Of a stretch of 64,000 nucleotides of DNA, positions 60,110 to 64,000 are shown piece by piece. The stretch is from a candidate division TA06 bacterium SM23_40 (GTDB lineage: Bacteria > LJUI01 > SM1-40), in assembly GCA_001303705.1 (NCBI GenBank), contig LJUI01000002.1, positions 47 through 64,046 of the forward strand, in the 5' to 3' direction. The translations under genes were made by a program, and so were the position numbers. The notes under the pieces are model-generated. The model did not search any database. It saw only the letters and a program-made list of their open reading frames with translations, and was not told the origin of the DNA. Every line of letters begins with the position of its first letter. The stretch's first letter is position 1.

Positions 60110-61362
60110 CGGTCGGCGCCCTCATTCCTGCGGCCGGGCTGGGAGAGCGCATGGGAGGAGGGTTGGAGAAGCAGTTTCTCCCCCTGGCGGGCGTGCCGGT
60201 CCTGGCGCGTACGCTCGCCGCGTTCGACGCGTCGGCGTCTGTCGGCCCCGTCGTAGTAGTCGTCAGGCCTGATCGGGTCGATTACTGCAGGCATGAAGTG
60301 GTGCTCCCATCGGGGTGCATCAAGGTCCGGGATATCGTTCCCGGTGGTGAAGACCGACAGGATTCCGTACGTCTCGGCCTGCAGGCGCTGACGGACGTGG
60401 ATGTAGTAGTTATTCACGACGCGGTAAGACCCCTGGTCTCGTCGGGGTTGATCGAGGAGACGATTCGGCTTTCCTCGACAGAGCCAGCCGTCGTGGCCGC
60501 GGTGCCGGCGGTCGACTCTCCCAAGGAGGTCGCCGACGGCGCTGTCCTCCGGAGCCTGGATCGGGAACGTGTATGGCTCGCCCAGACCCCGCAGACGTTC
60601 GAGCGGTCGCTGATCGAGCGGGCTCATCGTGAGGCCCGGGTGAAGGGCTACCGCACGACCGACGACGCTGCCCTGGTTGAGTGGCTCGGAGTGCCGGTGA
60701 GCGTGGTGCCCGGGTCGCAGGACAATATCAAGATCACTACCCTGGAAGATCTGGCATACGCCGAATGGCTATTGAATCGACGCATCCACGCGCCCGCGGA
60801 AGGCCTTGAGGAGCGTGGTTACCTGCCCGGGCAGGAGAAGGGAGAAAGTCTCATGGCGCCAGGAGTCCGGGAAGGGCGCTCCTCGCTGCGGGCCGGGGTC
60901 GGGTATGACGTCCATCCGTTCGACGCGGGAAGGCGACTCGTGCTCGGCGGGGTCGAGGTGGAGTATACCGCTGGCCTCGGCGGCCATTCCGATGCAGATG
61001 TACTATCGCATGCTATCGCCGATGCACTCCTCGGTGCTGCCTCCCTCGGGGATGTCGGCCGTCTTTTCCCGGACTCGGACGAACGCTACCGGGACATATC
61101 GAGTCTCGTACTGCTGGAACAGGTCCACGCCGCGATCCGGGCGAAGGGTCTGTCCGTCGCCAATGTTGATGCGACCGTCCTTGCAGAACAGCCGATGCTT
61201 GGCCCGTATGTCGAGCAGATGAAGAAGAATGTCGCCCGTGCTCTCCGTGCGCCGCCCGAGCGGGTATCTGTCAAAGCGACACGTGGTGAGGGTCTGGGGT
61301 TCGTCGGGCGCGGGGAGGGGATGGCGGCCGTGGCGGTCGCGCTCCTGGTCTCAGGAGGTTGA
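60106..61362 (+). CDS. ispDF: bifunctional 2-C-methyl-D-erythritol 4-phosphate cytidylyltransferase / 2,4-cyclodiphosphate synthase
   Basis: IspD motif IPAAGLGERMG. IspF motifs GVGYDVHPF and GHSDADVLSHAIADALLGA. Confidence 0.93.
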   Translation: MTVGALIPAAGLGERMGGGLEKQFLPLAGVPVLARTLAAFDASASVGPVVVVVRPDRVDYCRHEVVLPSGCIKVRDIVPGGEDRQDSVRLGLQALTDVDVVVIHDAVRPLVSSGLIEETIRLSSTEPAVVAAVPAVDSPKEVADGAVLRSLDRERVWLAQTPQTFERSLIERAHREARVKGYRTTDDAALVEWLGVPVSVVPGSQDNIKITTLEDLAYAEWLLNRRIHAPAEGLEERGYLPGQEKGESLMAPGVREGRSSLRAGVGYDVHPFDAGRRLVLGGVEVEYTAGLGGHSDADVLSHAIADALLGAASLGDVGRLFPDSDERYRDISSLVLLEQVHAAIRAKGLSVANVDATVLAEQPMLGPYVEQMKKNVARALRAPPERVSVKATRGEGLGFVGRGEGMAAVAVALLVSGG

Positions 61363-61387
61363 CCTGATCTCGAGCAGAGGGGCGAAC

Positions 61388-62119
61388 GTGCCTGCACGAC
61401 AAACGGGCGGCGCCCTCAAACGGCAATGCGTTTCTGAGGGGGGCGGACGTCATTTGGTGCTTCTCGGGGCTCTGGCGGTGCTCGCCATTGTCTTCGCTCT
61501 GGTGGTGCTCGACGTCGCCGCGTCGAGCGGGGAAGAGGGCGAGCGGGGGATCCCCGCGCGCGAACGGTTTGCGCGATCGCTCGAACAGCACGGCATTCCC
61601 AGGGAGCTGATCGTCGTCGCAATCGCCACCTTACCCGTATTCGAGCTTCGAGGTTCGATACCGGTGGCCCTGGGGCTGTTCCAGATGACGTGGTGGTATG
61701 GATTCTGCCTCTCCGTGGTCGGGAACCTCATTCCTGTTGTCCCGCTGTTGATTGCGCTCGGTCCGGTGTCACAGCGGCTATCGCGGTTTGCGATCTGGGA
61801 TCGCTTCTTCCAGTGGCTGTTCGCACGGACGAGGAGACGCAGCGACATCGTCAGGCGATATGGAGCTGTGGGGCTCATGTTGTTCGTCGCGATACCTCTC
61901 CCCGTCACGGGCGCATGGACAGGATGCGTGGCAGCTTTTCTATTCGGTGTTGATCTGATGCAGGCCCTTCCCGCAATCATACTCGGGGTCTGCATCGCAG
62001 GGACCGTGGTCACGTCACTTATCAAGTTGGGAGTCGTCGGGGCGATCATAGCCGGGGGAGCACTCACTTTCATTGCCCTCACAAGCTTCATGGGGTGGGT
62101 CCGGCGTGACAGGGCATAA
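61388..62119 (+). CDS. small multi-drug export protein family (COG2426-like) membrane protein
   Basis: LPVFELRGSIPVALG and IPLPVTGAWTG motifs. 4-5 TM segments. Start uncertain (GTG 61388, TTG 61454 or GTG 61457). The track start lies inside ispDF. Confidence 0.7.
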   Translation: MPARQTGGALKRQCVSEGGGRHLVLLGALAVLAIVFALVVLDVAASSGEEGERGIPARERFARSLEQHGIPRELIVVAIATLPVFELRGSIPVALGLFQMTWWYGFCLSVVGNLIPVVPLLIALGPVSQRLSRFAIWDRFFQWLFARTRRRSDIVRRYGAVGLMLFVAIPLPVTGAWTGCVAAFLFGVDLMQALPAIILGVCIAGTVVTSLIKLGVVGAIIAGGALTFIALTSFMGWVRRDRA

Positions 62120-62240
62120 CTTGGTTTGCGAATGGGATCGAACGGAGTGTCGAGATTGCGCTGCGTGTCCGACTGGCGAGCGAGGCGATCTAGTTGAGAC
62201 CCCTGGTGATCCCTGACGCCACACGATCAAGAGGAGAACG

Positions 62241-63317
62241 ATGAACAAGCGCGAACGCCTGCTCAAGAAGCTTACTGAAGCCTGGGGACCTTCGGGGTTT
62301 GAGAGCGATGTTGCGAGCATCATTAGTGAGGAGCTCGCGCCGGTAGGCAAGCTGTCTCGGGACAAGCTCGGAAGCGTGATCGCCGTCCAGGAAGGCCGGA
62401 CAAAACGGGGACCGCGTATCATGCTCGCTGCGCACATGGATGAAGTGGGGTTCATGGTACAGCAGATCACGAAAGAGGGGTATTTGCGGTTCCTCGCTCT
62501 CGGCGGGTGGAGTCCACGCGCAATGCCCTCTATGAGGGTGTTGATCAGGACGCACACCGGCAAGGACGTGGTCGGTGTGGTGGGCTTCAAGCCTCCACAC
62601 GAGCTCGGCCCTGAGGAGCGCAAGAAGCCGATCGAACTCAAGGATCTTCATATCGACGTAGGGGCGATCGACAAATATGATGTCAAGAAGGAGCTGGGCA
62701 TCCGCGTGGGAGACCCGATCGCCCCTGTGACTCAGTTCGTTCCCATGACCAACAAGGAGATGTACCTGGCCAAGGCCTGGGACGACCGGTCCGGGTGCGC
62801 GCTCATGGTGGAGGCGATGCAAGAGTTGGCTGAGACGAAACATCCCAATACGGTCATCGGCGTGGGCACTGTCCAGGAAGAAGTGGGACTCCGTGGTGCG
62901 CAGACGAGCGGGCACGCAGTCAAGCCCGATCTGGCCCTGGCGATCGATGTGGCACTGGCACGAGACACGCCCGGATATCGCGAGGATACTGACTGCCGGA
63001 TGGGAGCAGGAGCTGCGATTCTCGCCTACGATTCCACCATGATTCCGAACCTCGCGTTGCGCGATCTCGCGGTCGATGTTGCGGAGGAGGAGGGGATCCC
63101 CTATCAAGTGACGACGCTCCGCGGGGGGTACGATACAGGACGGATCCACATCCAGCGCGAAGGCGTGCCCAGCCTTGCGTTGGGAGTTCCCACCCGCTAT
63201 GCCCACAGCACGGAGAGCGTCATTCATCGTAAGGACTATGAGAGCGCACTGAGGCTGATCGTCGCTCTCGTCGAGCGACTCGACAGGCGAACGGTCGACA
63301 AGGTAGTGACGAGGTGA
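62241..63317 (+). CDS. M42 family aminopeptidase
   Basis: LTEAWGPSGFE, AAHMDEVGF, WDDRSGC and QEEVGLRGA metal-ligand motifs. Confidence 0.9.
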   Translation: MNKRERLLKKLTEAWGPSGFESDVASIISEELAPVGKLSRDKLGSVIAVQEGRTKRGPRIMLAAHMDEVGFMVQQITKEGYLRFLALGGWSPRAMPSMRVLIRTHTGKDVVGVVGFKPPHELGPEERKKPIELKDLHIDVGAIDKYDVKKELGIRVGDPIAPVTQFVPMTNKEMYLAKAWDDRSGCALMVEAMQELAETKHPNTVIGVGTVQEEVGLRGAQTSGHAVKPDLALAIDVALARDTPGYREDTDCRMGAGAAILAYDSTMIPNLALRDLAVDVAEEEGIPYQVTTLRGGYDTGRIHIQREGVPSLALGVPTRYAHSTESVIHRKDYESALRLIVALVERLDRRTVDKVVTR

Positions 63318-63322
63318 CATAG

Positions 63323-63625
63323 ATGGAGGAGATGATCAAGGCTGTCCGTCGTTTCCACGAGAAACATGATTTCGCCCACAATAACGGACACGACCCGTTC
63401 TATCGCATGATGTTGATGATGGAGGAAGTGGGCGAGATATGCGAGGCTCTCACCAAGGGCAAGGAGAATCTGGCCGAGGAACATGCGGACCTTCTTATCC
63501 TCTTGCTGGGGAATTGCATCGCGTTCAATATCGACATCGAGGAGGCGTTCTGGAATAAGTATCGTCGCGTCATGGAGAGGGAGGCGAGGTGGGTGGGCGG
63601 CAAGATTCGAGTCACTGATGGATAG
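63323..63625 (+). CDS. MazG-like nucleotide pyrophosphohydrolase domain protein
   Basis: 100-aa four-helix pattern with the EEVGE...EEHADLL acidic motif. Confidence 0.75.
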   Translation: MEEMIKAVRRFHEKHDFAHNNGHDPFYRMMLMMEEVGEICEALTKGKENLAEEHADLLILLLGNCIAFNIDIEEAFWNKYRRVMEREARWVGGKIRVTDG

Positions 63626-63721
63626 TAGAGACGGCAACTTCCCGGGGCTTGTTGAGGATCGAGCATCATCGGGGCCAGGTGGTTGCGCACAGCCGAATGT
63701 GCGGGCAATGAGGAACGAAAG

Positions 63722-64000
63722 ATGTGCGGAATACTGGGCATAGTAGACGGGGAGGACGTTGTCAGGCAGCTGTACGCCGGTCTTATGACACTGCAGCACC
63801 GGGGCCAGGACGCAGCGGGAATCATGGCATACGACGGGCGGTTCAATCTCAAGAAGGGGAATGGCCTGGTCAGGGACGTCTTCAATGCGAAGAACCTGGC
63901 GCGCCTCCGGGGCCCAACCGGGCTCGGCCATGTTCGCTACCCCACTGTTGGCGGCGGCGGCGCCGACGATGCACAGCCGTTCTACGTCAATGCGCCGTTC
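63722..64000 (+). CDS. purF: amidophosphoribosyltransferase, N-terminal fragment (runs off window)
   Basis: My own translation: MCGILGIVDGEDVVRQLYAGLMTLQHRGQDAAGI...GHVRYPTVG. N-terminal Cys nucleophile of the class II amidotransferase. Not in the track because no stop codon lies within the window. Confidence 0.9.
   Translation, partial: MCGILGIVDGEDVVRQLYAGLMTLQHRGQDAAGIMAYDGRFNLKKGNGLVRDVFNAKNLARLRGPTGLGHVRYPTVGGGGADDAQPFYVNAPF

Overview
High-GC bacterial chromosomal segment with very dense coding. Every gene I can support lies on the + strand: 56 protein-coding loci (one is a frameshifted pseudogene) plus one tRNA-Leu. Most of the window is housekeeping. It holds tig-clpP-clpX-lon, tdh-kbl, and hsp20-htrA followed by a short FCB-type RpoD-like sigma factor. 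It also holds an M23 peptidase, an M16 peptidase pair, tldD, rlpA-pyrF-pyrE, recJ, dtd, yicC-gmk-rpoZ, a family-4 UDG, dnaB-mlaEFD-radA, yacL-ispDF, an M42 peptidase, a MazG-like gene and the 5' end of purF. The accessory-looking part is about 25.5-46.8 kb. It contains an S8 protease and a 1000-aa modular protein that both end in a T9SS/FlgD-Ig-like C-terminal sorting domain, a PD40 beta-propeller lipoprotein, DinB, and a sugar-type ABC importer with no ATPase gene. It continues with three consecutive outer-membrane beta-barrel genes (one fused to two ComEA-like helix-hairpin-helix domains), a UshA-type 5'-nucleotidase, a Gly-rich polytopic membrane protein, a low-GC orphan secreted protein and a stand-alone lamin-tail-domain protein. 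My best candidate for an undescribed system is the 32.9-42.4 kb surface locus, which may capture or scavenge extracellular DNA, or may simply be a cargo with dedicated outer-membrane partners. This is an inference from domain content, and I recognise no nuclease catalytic domain. Smaller observations: an exact 13-bp tandem duplication that frameshifts a YacP/NYN gene, a same-orientation array of six GCCGCACG cores in the intergenic region just upstream of it, a 14-bp tandem duplication at another stop codon, a 12-bp perfect inverted repeat between hsp20 and htrA, seven TTGACA-17-TAnnnT promoter candidates and a structured leader before the ABC operon. I found no CRISPR array, rRNA, transposase or integrase. 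The phylogenetic guess (FCB-superphylum relative such as Gemmatimonadota or Eisenbacteria-like) is inference only.
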